Origin: Hyphochytrium catenoides | Taxonomy: Eukaryota; Protista; Hyphochytriomycota | Direction of reading: 5' to 3' | DNA: 64,000 nt | Assembly: GCA_900088475.1 (NCBI GenBank) | Contig: FLMG01001623.1 | Coordinates: 65,164 to 129,163, forward strand | Shown: positions 26,201 to 37,461 of the stretch, piece after piece | Layout: each line of letters begins with the position of its first letter | How positions within the stretch are numbered: the stretch's first letter is position 1 | Translations under genes and position numbers: made by a program | The notes under the pieces: generated by a model | Told to the model about the DNA's origin: nothing | Seen by the model: the letters and a program-made list of their open reading frames with translations, nothing else | Database searches by the model: none

Positions 26201-27416
26201 GCCAGACAACCGCATCCCGGCCAAGGACCTCTAGAAGATCCCTGCAGGTGTACTCTCCAACAGTACTTTCGCAACCGGTGATCTCAGGGATGAGAGCCTT
26301 GACAAGTCTGCTATTTTGAAGATTAGTGTACTCGCAATATCCCGCAATATCCTTTGACGTTGCTATCACATCCGAGCAGCCCAAGTCTCTACTGAGCACT
26401 CGCGGGCCGTCCGGATCACAGTCCATAGTCGCCCGCCAGCCCCTACACTGCAGATTGGGCCAGAGACGCTGGAGCTCAGATGCACTGTTAACGACCTCAT
26501 AGGCAGCCTCGTCTAGCAGCGAGACGAGGCTGTCGCAGCGGACCTCTCCCTCTACACTGTCACATCCTCGGCTGAACGCACGAAATCGATGATCTGACGT
26601 CTTGTTCCTGAACTCACAAAATCCTGATGACCATGCGCGAGTTACCTGGTGACATGCTAGATCCTTGGAGGCGTCTCGATCCCCGTTGGCCTCGCAGTTG
26701 ACGGTACCTCGCCACCCTACGCATTCGATGTCGGGGCTCTGCACCAGTGCACGCAGGTCTTCTAGCGTCTCAACAGGGGTGTACATGTCCTCCTCCGCGA
26801 GAATGTAGAGGAGATCTTGGCAGCGGAAGCGTCCTTCTAACCCCTTTTGAGGACAGCCGTCATCCAGTAGATAGCGGTAGATTGTTCCATCTTGCTGGCT
26901 CTGGAACTCACAGTAGCCAGCTAAGGCACGGCTCACAGCATGGGTACAGTCCCGGGGCAGCCCCTGCGACGTCTTTGGGCGTCCCATTGCAACTCTGTGT
27001 GGTCTATCTGCGCTAATCTGCTCACAAGAGACAGGCATCCAACCAATGCAAAGGAACTTCTCATTCCGACGCCGTTGGCCCTTGTCTCCGACCATGTACC
27101 ACAGGTCCCGGAGCTCTGTTGGAGACGAGAGTTCCTGAATGCTGACTGCTGGGAGACTTAGGAGTGAAAGGGTGGTCGGAGAGGAAGTACTAAGGAGCCA
27201 GGTTAGCGTAAGAAGAGATAGGGAGAGGAACAGAAGGAGAAGTGTCACAGCTGTCCAATGCCTCTTGAGTCGGAACCTAGGCACTCCATTGATAACGCCG
27301 TGGTCTTTTGCATATTCCTGTCCTTCTCTGCCTCTTCCTTCTCCGCGTTCAAAGTCAGGCGCTTCCCCAGAAGAAGGGTGCAGCCCTCGCGTACGAAAGC
27401 GGTTATAGTTCTTCAT
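23292..27416 (-). CDS. Type II membrane glycosyltransferase, 1374 aa, intronless: six Cys-rich repeats + GT71 (MNN2-like) mannosyltransferase + CAP59/GT69-like domain
   Basis: TM segment WTAVTLLLLFLSLSLLTLTWLL; six repeats of CxG(W/Y)R...C...GxCE...C. GT71 motifs: RGIVI, LPVELW, KPYAVIHSRFDQVLLLDADN, AIFWPDFW, QESGQLVID, WGDKDLFRFAW. The C-terminal domain has WDVSCAN and SVSSCYGGLSIY. Confidence 0.88.
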   Translation of the reverse strand: MKNYNRFRTRGLHPSSGEAPDFERGEGRGREGQEYAKDHGVINGVPRFRLKRHWTAVTLLLLFLSLSLLTLTWLLSTSSPTTLSLLSLPAVSIQELSSPTELRDLWYMVGDKGQRRRNEKFLCIGWMPVSCEQISADRPHRVAMGRPKTSQGLPRDCTHAVSRALAGYCEFQSQQDGTIYRYLLDDGCPQKGLEGRFRCQDLLYILAEEDMYTPVETLEDLRALVQSPDIECVGWRGTVNCEANGDRDASKDLACHQVTRAWSSGFCEFRNKTSDHRFRAFSRGCDSVEGEVRCDSLVSLLDEAAYEVVNSASELQRLWPNLQCRGWRATMDCDPDGPRVLSRDLGCSDVIATSKDIAGYCEYTNLQNSRLVKALIPEITGCESTVGEYTCRDLLEVLGRDAVVWQDLEQVPAAFDWGSLQCIGWRGLDSCDPHEGRHVLSGNRGCGTFIRGDQWGYCEYLDVKSDKRVRIHANTCDRPRSLFRCHNLGGLQLREPVLITTRDQLETLQKRHSIECVGYRAQENGSKNRGLLTSRQDRLCNESFSFMAGGSCEFYDTQQAVRYHVPVAGTRWRHPLRCNETLQWFQRNFSLLVNWEEMVSFLEQSQWECLGWRPTASCDPMGKRLLESDRDCTYLVPQADSGFCEYRDKASGEHFALMLKDCRTFIAPFACKAVPDIVQFQRELDGHVQRLQQQLPPVKSFKALYREQKGRSSRGIVICVHDKIWIEAYSLLKLLQQTGCKLPVELWYRQGEMETDSVPLKILTSTFNVTLRQAHLSPALQTGFMIKPYAVIHSRFDQVLLLDADNYPLRDPTYLFHTSQYKKHGAIFWPDFWHVQHSLFARLDSASLFWDALNLSTSNSGYEQESGQLVIDRRRNAGPLGVLAFFVEHYDAVLKLFLWGDKDLFRFAWMKWGQSFYMISKPAGTAGRVVSRVRGAGFESYYCGMTMVQHDPYGEIIFLHRNMAKLSRQEGRTYIWEYLQQHTGEGMMMVENYPAGSSCYRIQGSVKVQSFRNHSSPAMTIERYLLEWTREGYSLLVRQAPNLGPSLQEVNFIGSDDLPAAEYPVLKRPDQIGSDVNDVVDRGYKLMQRSRVIIGTVIRRDTAFRFKHTLPHIASLGRLFRNVTIVTVTQDGADPELQVLEQWRKKANDGFQDMKHYVSVPQADGNSSIGCSAAASNTLFLRDYLLTKVRGLFTTAGNLSFSREDGGEASFLILLESDLHLGWDTDGVAHSFGLRSRTAFSSPMPYSLLAKKFISWDVSCANPITKSNPMSFADVETFESKLIRDSRGRSVLQYTFVDSDDLPLSVSSCYGGLSIYNSAAVKQDCHYGVAREGKDVAAEQCESAGIRAFHNCLERQGMQLILNPKQVVHHNDNE

Positions 27417-30048
27417 AGGAAGGTTATGCAGAGGTTTAGGCAGTCCTTCGGATCAACTCCGCCTAGCATGAGCAGCGTATTCCTCTCATACCCCAATCGT
27501 TTGACAGAATGTATTTATTCAATAGCCTCCTCATCCAGCTAGGAGCTGGCATCAGCAATAAAGGAGGCGCAGGAGCTCCATCGCTTCCAATAGGAGGGCA
27601 TCGCGGGCGCGTTGACAACGCTCTAGCATTCTCTGCACCATTCCTTGTCTCCCACCCCGTAGTGTATGAAGACCCACCATCTTCTGTTCCTCTTCTCTTT
27701 ATAATCTCAACCTCTACCCTTGTCTTCGCGTCTCTCACTTGCCACTTGGGCCGCTGCTGTTGTCTGCTGGGTCAAAGCAGCGCTGCTGGGGAGGACCACA
27801 ATGATTATAGCGATTCTTCTTTGTTGTTGATCCGTTGATGATGCTTGAAGAGTTGTGGAAACCTACACATCAGAACCCCTGACACACGTTCCGTCGGTAG
27901 TCGCCTGTAGACCGCAGCTACATTGTTAAGCCAATCGCGCAATGTGTCAAGGGCGGTGACTTCCACAACACGAGTTCCATGCCAGCGCCCATCACTTCTT
28001 CGTCATGTCGCCTCTGTCCTTAGCTCGTCTTTGTGTGATGGCGCTAGTGACGAGATAGGAGAGACAGAGGAAGAGGATGGGCTCGATAGCTGAGGATAGG
28101 TTGCTGGCCGAATAGATAGGCCCATGAAGGGCCCAGGCCGACAGAGCAGTCTCAGCGCTATCTTCCTCTTCAAGACTGGCTAACTCATAGAGTTTAGACG
28201 GGCCTTGCCTGGGGCTAACTAAGGCGACTCGACCTTGGATGGACGAGTTGCTTGCGGCTGTCACGAGCGCTTAGATGAACAATTGAAGCGCCAAGAAAGT
28301 GAGAGAACAGGTACAAAGCTACTTGGGTCCCACTAACGACTTCGAAGAGGAACAGGACGTCGCGTGTTATCAGCAACTTCATACCCCGCTGGAGGATGCT
28401 TGCCTCCTGTTTGTCTGTGTCGCCCAGCAGTAGTGTTGTGCGACAACCAGTCCGTCTTCAACAATCTCTTCCTTGTGATTCCTCAGCCTCTATTCTTGGC
28501 AATGCAAGGCGTAGTGGGCCAGTTTCCTAGTCAGCATCGCACTACTCTTAGCTGTGACGGCACTCTGCAATATGTTGCTCCCGCTCTTTCGATCCTACTA
28601 CTGAGCTAGCTACGTATCCTAGATTCACTTATTAGTACGTGAGGTGAACAGCCCCTGCAGCTGCGACATGTATGGAGTGGACGACGGTGAATAATAGCGC
28701 TGCTGTAGACTATCAGCAGCGTAGACTAACTCCCCGCTTGCGCCCGGGGGCATATCAATGCTTGAAGGATCTAGGGAGTCAAAGATGAGCTGACACGAAG
28801 AAGGAAGCTGGGCTTCTTCATTTCGTTTGCAGTGGTTTACTCGTTCTCTATATCGTGGCTAGTAGTGAGCTCAACGAAGAAACGGTCACGTTCCCTCGAT
28901 CTAGACACCCCATCGGCGGCTGCGACCAGGAGTCCTTTATGCTCTTTGTACGCGTCTGCGAGATCATTCAGTGCCCTCTCCTAGGAATGATATCTTCCGG
29001 CATATTTTCTAAATCTAATAACAGCCTTCTGCCGGAACGCCAAGAGTATAAGTAGCACGATATTATCCATATTATGGTAGGGGACGGCTTAACGTCGCAA
29101 TGGAGTACCAAGATTAGGCGGTCACACGCTAACTACACCAGCTATACAAATGACAACTATGACCTGCTCTCTTGCTCTGTGGCTGAACCTGGTTTGTTGG
29201 CGATGTGCCAATACATGCTGCACTGTACTAGCGTCCTAACAACTCAGATGCCAGGAAGTAATAGCCTTGGATCTCATCTAGGGTCTGGCATGGCCCTTCA
29301 TCAGGTGGAGGCGCCAGGTTGGAGACAGTGCTAACCAACGTTATAAGAAAGAAGCATCAATAAATCCAAGTGACGGAGACTCTATCACAAATGAAGGCCC
29401 ATAGAATGCTACTGCTTTGTTCCCATGTCGTTGCTAAGGCGAAACAGGACGAAGTTAGAGCCAGCAGTAAGTGCCTCTACTACTCTAAAGAGATGCAGCT
29501 AGCCGCTAGCTACCTCGAGCTGCCTGCAGCTCTCCCTGCTGCCTGCTCCTTGTTGTTGCTGGTGGGATCTGTTCTGCATCTAGTCACGCACGGAGAAGGA
29601 GGAGCACCAGCCAGCAGGATAACAGCTGTGAACCTATCCCTTGACCTTTGACTTCTTCCTGTGAGTGAGTGCCAAGAGTTACCAAACTCCACAATATGGG
29701 TAACCTGGATAAGCTTAGCGTACGTCTTTGAAACAAGACCCATGACCATTATGGATAAATGGTTCACAGGTGCTGTGACCTTTGGGTGAGGAAACGTACG
29801 GCATATTACTAGCGAAGACGGGTAATTCGTAGTGGTTAATGTGGCTCATTATTACTGATGAGGGAAGATGGGGACGGCGGTTGCTACTTTTTGCGAGACG
29901 AAGAGCGCGCTTCCGTTACCTACCCCACGGCCTTCTTGAGACGCCGTCATTGCCAATTTTCTCCGCAGCAGCAGCTCCTGCAGACTCAGAGTTATTGAGG
30001 CTAGCTCCAGCTCCAGATAGAGCAACTTAATATCAACAACCAGGAAGA

Positions 30049-30317
30049 ATGTCAGAAGTACAGGCTCTAGCAGCAGAAGTCCAGAAGGCAAAGGACGAGC
30101 TGGCAAAGCTCCAAGGAAGCATCAGTGTGAAGGAGTCTATGGAAGCGTAAGTTTTACAGGTGCCGCATGGTTCCAAAAGACAGGCTACTAAGCTTGCTTG
30201 GTACGTAGATACTTCAAGCAAGTAAATGAGAAGGTTGACCCGCTCAACGAAGGCTACAAAGAGGAGAACCCTTGGACAAAGGGTCAGGGAGGAGGAAGCA
30301 GCTGTATCATTATGTGA
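30049..30317 (+). CDS. Heterotrimeric G-protein gamma subunit (GGL domain), 68 aa, two exons (30049-30146, 30209-30317)
   Basis: The 62-nt GTAAGT...TAG intron joins MSEVQALAAEVQKAKDELAKLQGSISVKESMEA and YFKQVNEKVDPLNEGYKEENPWTKGQGGGSSCIIM in frame (207 nt including stop). The product has an N-terminal coiled coil, DPL, NPW and a terminal CaaX. Confidence 0.85.
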
Positions 30318-33300
30318 GAATGGCTTTTCAAAATATGCAGAGAGCCAAACATGTTAGGCCTTCATGGCAATACCCCTGGGGATGGGAAAGGACGTAGCCG
30401 GTCGACTGACCAAAACTTACCCTTACTACTGGGTGCATGCAAGCTCCCAGGAAAGGGTTGTAACAATAAATATAGCCGCTCGATAGAAACAGCAGTGGCG
30501 AGAGGCTCTGAGCCACGACTGTATATGACAGACTATGTATAGCCGCCTATAAGGCGTCTGCGGCTTCCATTCTTTAGTGTTGTTGATGGCTCCAAGAACC
30601 GCGAGAGTCACTTCTCTCAATGTGCCGCAATAAAGCGTTGGGCTTCGCGGTCCTGAGAGTGTGCCTCCGCGGTCAAAGGATCACTCTTGACGAACGTCAT
30701 GATGAGCATCACATCTCACATCCTTCACATGTTACCAGTTTGAGAAGATGACGAATGAGTCTTGACAAAAGTCAGCTATTTTTCAGGTCGTTACCTTGAC
30801 CAAAGTCTCCCATTCCAGATGCTACCTCGACCATGTCTCTTAGACCCTCCGTAAATCGACACTCTTTCATCTCCTATCGAACCCTTTCTCTAGCTGTCAA
30901 AGGGGGTTGTCGATAGAAAGGGGAAGAAGCGGCGAGAGGGTTTGTGTGCATTTTCATCTGTTAGAAGAGTGCAATCTAGCAGGGGCCAGACCTAATGGTG
31001 AGTTTGTCATTAATTGCTTCAATGACATGTCATCACGAGGTACTGTAATGATGACTTTGCAATGAATAGGTCTGTGGATGCCTTCACAATACACTACAGC
31101 CTTGCGGTCTACCCAGGCCTCTCCATCACTACCCGGCCCAAAGTGCTGAGAGCTCGACATTTACCAATTGCGAAGCGAAGGCAAGAGACCTAGCGTTTGC
31201 GGAGTAGCACCAACAAGGTATATTTACTGGATGTGCAAAAGAAAGCTCCTACTAGTCTGCAGTTTGAGTTTATCCGTAGAGTCCATCGAACGAACCGTCT
31301 CTAACTTTGGTCTCGGTTATCGCTCAGAGCGCATGACAAATGCTTCTGTGTCCCAGAAGAGAGAAAGTGTTGCCATTATCCACGACAAATGGGCAGCTTG
31401 TAGACATTGTGCTGGAGCCTACATTATCGCTTTTATATTCTTATATATGAAATCACCTACCAGGTAGGAGTAATACTATTTCTAAGACAACAAAACGACA
31501 ACCTATTTTACCCCTGTCATCATCGCGTGTGCTTTGCGGCCTGCATTTTTCCGTAAAGAGAAGAGTTCAGTCAAATAAGGGTGTCCTAGTCCGTGTTACT
31601 GTCCTGCGCCTTATCTAGCTTTATCAATGGCAGTAAGGCAGAGGACTGCTGAAGCACTGGAAACGGGAGGCCTGGCAGTGCCGTTATTATGTTAGTAAGA
31701 CCTGTCAGGAAGTCATTGAGTCTTTGGTAGGTGTCAGGGCAATTCTCGAGTAGTAGGGGGAGAGTAGCAGTAGTACTAAATCTTTCGAGCTAGACTTTGA
31801 CTAAACTGAAGAGAAACAAGGAAAGGGTCATAGTTCCGCAGGAGTGAGTAGTGCTACTGGTTTCTTCTCGCTTCTCAGCAGATCAGAAGGATTCCCCTCA
31901 TTGTACCTACTATTATGAAGGAATACAGCAGTGCTGGTATTCCGTCCAAGAGAATCTGCATTTCTCTAAGGCTTTGAAGTGCGGGGAATCTACGTACATG
32001 TGACTCTAAGAACAGACATTGAGACTAATCGCACAAAGGCTCCCGCGCTAACAGAAAGGCTAGGAGGCCCTGTTTGTGCATCATGAGAAGACGCCATTGT
32101 CCTTCTCTCTGCCCACTGACAGCACAATTAACAGGGTGAGAGCACACTACTAAGGAGCCATAGTAGCTGCAAGTTAGTTGAGCGTTAAGCAGCGCGAAGG
32201 CCCATTCACTTTGGCATGGCATATGGAAAAACCAGCGGGAGTTAATGCCAATACCAATAACAACGCCGCATCACCACTAACCCGAGGACTGAAGGGACAC
32301 GACTTCTTTCAACAACACGCCAAGCATGTGAATGGAGCGCTCGTCTAATAATGCCTCATCAGGACTGCCGCAGATGATGGGGGTAACATCTGATGACCTG
32401 ATGCCTGATGCCTGATGCTCCCAGCAGAAACCATTGATGAGCCTCTTCGAAAGGGGTTTGGACCTTCCACTGTTGTACCAGCTGATAGACTTGATTCTTC
32501 AACTGGAGCTGGAAGCACAAAGCCAAAGCATCTTAAAAAGGGAATTAGTCAGGAGGGGAGCATCTGTGGAGCGTGTGATTTGATCTAGAAATGAGTACCC
32601 TATGGGGTTGTAACGGGTAGTAATGAACACATCGTCTATAGGCGACGATCTCAAGCTGAGAGCTGGTATAGCTGGATCGGCTTATTACTAGGGTTGGGTG
32701 GGGCTAGCCTAGAGCTAACTCTATGGATTACCAACCTCCTATTCTGTATTACTACAAATTTGTCACTTAGACCAAACGCAGGCCTGGGAGGTTGGTATCA
32801 AGGTTGTTTGTTGGTTATAGTGAAGTCCATCCTAGATACACCCCATTCATCTCATCTGGATTCCTATATTCAGTATATCTGATTCTTTATAAGGCCATGA
32901 AGATGTATGGGGGTGTAGAAAGAACGAATTTTATCCATGGAAAGTATCAAGAGTACACGTATATCTACGGTATCTTTACACTAAACAATACCCAAGGTTT
33001 CCTCTTTTTTCCGGAAACCTTTCATCTGGGCCAATTCAGGCAGAGGGCTGAGTAGCCGTTACCGACTTTGCGGTAAATTTTTTGTTTAGCTTGCAGAAAT
33101 GCATCAGAAAGGGTCTTTCGTCCTTCCTCTCTCTCTCTCCCTTCTCTTCCTTGCTTTTTAGTTGTACCTCGAGGTAGGGTCTACAAGAGGTGGAGGCAAA
33201 CACAGACAAACTTTATCCACGTTATATCTCTCCGGCCCGTGTCTTTATAAAATTGTATTTTGTTCAGACGCTCTATTTGTCACTCTGTCTCTCCGCTCGG

Positions 33301-33655
33301 TCCTCTGTCATCGTGGTTGCTGGGGTTCTGCTTATGAAAGCTGAGCCCTGAGGGAGAGTTGAGGTTGTCTTGCTGTGGTTCTTGTCTGATGATGAGTGCG
33401 AACTCTGCTCAGATAGCTCCAGACCTCGAGGCTGCTGATGCAAGGGATCTGATTGAGCCTCTAAGAGACACAGCGCCTTGCAGTTTCAGAGGCCTGGGCG
33501 GCGCAAGGAAGCAGTCTACAGAGTTCCTTTCTTGACGGCACTTGTGATCGGCCTGGGAGAACACCCGCGATGAGCCTTCTTAGAAGAAGGTAATGCACCT
33601 GGCCTGCCAATAAAGCGTCGAATACGTCCCAGGAATCAGCGGCGCATTGCCTGAC

Positions 33656-36201
33656 ATGAACCATCCACCGCCCGGCCAGCGGAAGCAGTCCTCTTCCCAG
33701 CGCTCTCCCAATCACAATAGTCCATTGGGTCTTAGTGATGTAAATGGTGGCGCCCTTTTTGGAGGAGATGCCTCCCTCCCTACCTCTCTGCCGTCTTACT
33801 TGCCCCATGGAGCCGAAGCTTTTATGAACTTCAACCCAGCGATGTTTCCTCAGCCCGTAGGGGCGGCATTATCTGCCCCAATGCCAACCCGTATTGACGA
33901 AAGCCATTTGCAGCCGAACTCCAAGCGGCAAGCGCCGGTGGGTCAATGGAAGACGCCACCTATGTTTTTCTATACCAAACTTGGGGCAGCACCTGGTGAG
34001 CTAGATTTTGTTGTTTGTTACAACAGGGGCATAGTGAGTCCTAACCATGGCGCCTATTAGGCGTCGCACAACCCGCTTTGGTTCCTGGTCAGACCTCTAT
34101 GCTTGAGGCAATGCTTGCGCAAGGTGAAGATCTCGAAAGCTTGTTGAAGAAAGCAGAGTAAGACTTTCTATCGCATCTCGTATTTAGTCCGTGGACTGAC
34201 TCCTGAACCCACAGGGATCCCAATTTTGCAGCTTTAGCGCAAGGTCTGTATTGATTCCATGGTTCCATGCTCACTCCTGCACTAGTAATGAGTGTCCTGA
34301 TGCGGTCTTGTTTACCTGTTGCCCTCTGTATCCCGTCAAAAACTGGTCCCTAATGGTGATTGCAGAGCTCCACGGTATGCAGGCTCTTAATATAGGCGGA
34401 ATGACTGCAGGGCTTCCACCCGGGGGAATACCCGGGTACCACCCAGGAATGGTCCCAATGTCTTCCGGTTTTACCCCGCCGACGGCACAGTATGCGTCAA
34501 AACTAGATCAGACGGTGAGCGGTGGCTGACTTCCTATCAACCTCTAGAAAGAGGTCTAACAGCATATTCTCCAGATGGATGCCGCTACATTGACTGGGCA
34601 ACAGATCGGACGAGATCTCTCGAAGAGGCCAGTTCCAGCCAATGAACGAACGACCCTTCCGGCCCCTGCCCAGGGAACTAAAATGCCCCTTTTGACGCTG
34701 AACCCGGAGATTGTGAAGCAGATGAGTGGAAAGGCTGGGATGACTGGCGAGATGGATGAAAAGACTATGCAGCAGATAATGCAATGTCCAGAGCTTCTGG
34801 CTATCTATCAAAGATTGCAAGAGGAAGACGACAGACGTCGACGAAGGTGCGTCTCCAGACCCCTAACCTCGTAGTACAAGCACAATGAGTCTGTATGCTA
34901 TGAACTTTTGATCCATCGTTAACAATGGAAACTACTATTCGATGCAGACTGGCTAGAAATCGCGCGTCGGCCCGATTGCGTCGGCTTAAGAAAAAGACTC
35001 TTGTGGAGACGTTTGAACAAGAGGTGTCGCAACTAGAAGCCAATCTTAAGAGGCTTCAAGAGTATAAATGGGGTATGGGTACTGATGAAGAGCTCGTTTC
35101 CGCCCTAGGTAAGTCTAGCCCCTTCCTATTACTACTCGCTGACGATCAAGACAGGCCTGGCGAGCGAAGTATTTTACATCTTGCAGATTTGTGAGAGGCT
35201 TCTAGGTTAGCCCCTGACGAGTTATGATGTAGGCGAAGAGAAGCAGCCAGTCAGTCTACCCAAGGAAACTCGAAGAGAACTTACGGACAACATTCTTTCC
35301 CAGCACATAGATAGTGCCAAATATGTTCAGTCGGAGAACCTTGAGAGTGCCGTTCTTGCCTGGTTCTGCGGTGGGGCGAGCCCTGGAGAGGTACAGCTTT
35401 TTTGAGGGCAATAACAATCGTACTGCGTCCTTTTACTGAGTTATCGACTCTCCCATTCATCCATCTTTGCTCGCTTATTTATCTACCTGCGCCTTCACCT
35501 GGAAAATGCTGCGCATTCACTTTCCATTCATTGGGTTTCCGTAGCTGCTTGTACTCATCCGGATTCCTGCCGTTTGATCTTCTCCATATGGCTAACAAAG
35601 GGAACTTTGTGTCACGTATTAACATTGACTTTTATACTAGGATCAAGAGAGCAACTGGCGGCGGCATGTCGCGCAGGAACTTCACACGATTCTACAGCTG
35701 TCTCCTGAGCAGCAGGCGGACATTGCGCAATATGCCGAGATGATTGACCGAGAGACCAGAGAGCTCAGTATCGTGGCAAAATGCTTGGCTGCCCTTAAGA
35801 GTCACGAATGGCTACACTTCCCTCAAACAGAGGTACGCACGACTGTGCAGCGGGTACTCGTGATCTGGCACTTTTATGAGCTGTCCTTCTCAACTGTTAT
35901 TTTACTCTCTGACAGGCCGCTGCCGAAAGCTTTAAGAGCGCGGTGCTGCCACATCAAGTAAATAAGTACACAGCGTGGACTGAGCATAACCGGCAAGCTA
36001 TTGAAGCTCTATCGGTAAGCATTCTCACCATTGACGCATGGAAGGGGACAACACTTGTACTATTATGCTAACGCTTCCCGCTGACAGATCACGGATGCCT
36101 CATACACGGGTTCGGAGGAGCCCTTCTTCTATTTTGGTTGCAGCGAGGATGCTTCAGCTCGAAATCAAGGTGAAGGCGAGGGTGAGCATTCTGACAGCTA
36201 G
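33656..36201 (+). CDS. bZIP transcription factor, multi-exon
   Basis: Spliced basic region EEDDRRRRR|LARNRASARLRRLKKK (N-x7-R) and zipper FEQEVSQLEANLKRL. P/Q/M-rich N-terminus. Later exons join in phase to ...HQVNKYTAWTEHNRQAIEALS|ITDASYTG...EHSDS with stop TAG at 36199-36201. Confidence 0.85.
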
Positions 36202-36942
36202 CAATCGCGTCTACCAGCCGGCCGCTTGAATGCGCAAGCTAAGAGCGGGACAAACCCACTCGCGAGGAAGCCTTTTTGTCAATCTTTCTAGCTAAATGCA
36301 GTACGTTTAGGCTTCGTGATAGTATGGTCCAGCTTTGGTCAAGAGCATTCGCCGTCTCCATTCTCTTAGTAGATCCAATGAACTAGAGGAATAAGAAGTA
36401 AAAACCTCTGTCTCCGTGCTTCGTGCGGTGAAGCTTTTCTTATTTCTGTGACCTAATAAGAGGCCGCTTTCAATCCAGCGGAACTAGTCTACGGACGAGC
36501 TTCTCAATGTCAATCCAAGTGCCTCCAGACATCATTGGTTCCTCTGGGGAGCTAGCCCGAGCAGTCTCTACACTCCAAGATGTCGTACTGCTCTCTCCTC
36601 TGTCTGGTTGCCAACCATCACTGCCAAGATCCAATCACACTATGGATGGGAGACTAGGACGGCGCGCTCTGCCCTGCTACTACTATTGTCCGCGACCAAT
36701 CTTGGCACGCTCCGCTCTTCCCTGTGATTGACTGCGGCCAGCCAGCGCAGGGCATCTCTTTTGATGGGACAGGAAGCGGCAAGAGAAGGAGAAGAAGCGC
36801 CACCTTAGTCTGCAGTTCAATAATTTCTGGACTAGGGACATTAGGCAAGAGTGTGAGTCCTAAGGTATGGGTTATTCGTGTCCCCTGGTCTGGGTACTGG
36901 ATATAGGGGTCACTGATCACTGGTGCTGACATTTTTGGGAAT

Positions 36943-36945
36943 CTT

Positions 36946-36982
<37 letters not shown>

Positions 36983-37190
36983 TTTCTGTCTCGTTTTCCT
37001 CTCTCTCTCACACAACTTTCTCTCTCTCTTTTTCTCTCTCTCTTTGTCCTCATCTCTCTCTCCATCTCTCTCTCTCTCTCTGTCTCTAGTGGTAGTCTTC
37101 TGCCTCTTTCCCCACTCTCACACTCTCTTTCCTTACTACCTCTTCTCTTTCTTCCATTTCTCTCTCTCTCTTTATCCTCTGTCTTTTTCA
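36943..37190. repeat. Degenerate (CT)n/(GA)n polypyrimidine tract upstream of SHMT
   Basis: About 250 nt of mostly C/T with several perfect (CT)n runs. Confidence 0.9.
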
Positions 37191-37461
37191 AGCAGCGTGA
37201 CATGTGACATCATCCTTCCGTTGTACATCTCTTCCCCAGAAAGCTTACTCTGTCTCGCAACCCAAGAGAAAGGAAGCTTTGAAGACAGGCGCTTCTCGTC
37301 ACACAATTTGTGCGGCAGTGCGAGGCCACACTTCTTTCTCTTCAACGCGGCGTCTCGTTCTCAAACTTCCAGCGTTCCTTCACTGTCTTTTCTACCATCC
37401 AGAGCGCGTCCAGCTTCAGCGGCACACAGACGTCACGGCTCCCACCTGTGCACACGAAAGA

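Noticed and set aside
27463-28280. Possible minus-strand exons upstream of the glycosyltransferase
   Set aside because: I could not assemble a phase-consistent gene model or recognise any domain.
30695-30765. Box C-like ATGATGA within a cgtcat/atgacg stem (possible C/D snoRNA)
   Set aside because: No canonical CTGA box D at the right position and no rRNA antisense element that I could recognise.
36910-37207. RE-repeat and LS-repeat ORFs on both strands
   Set aside because: They are translations of the (CT)n/(GA)n tract, with no independent sign of coding.
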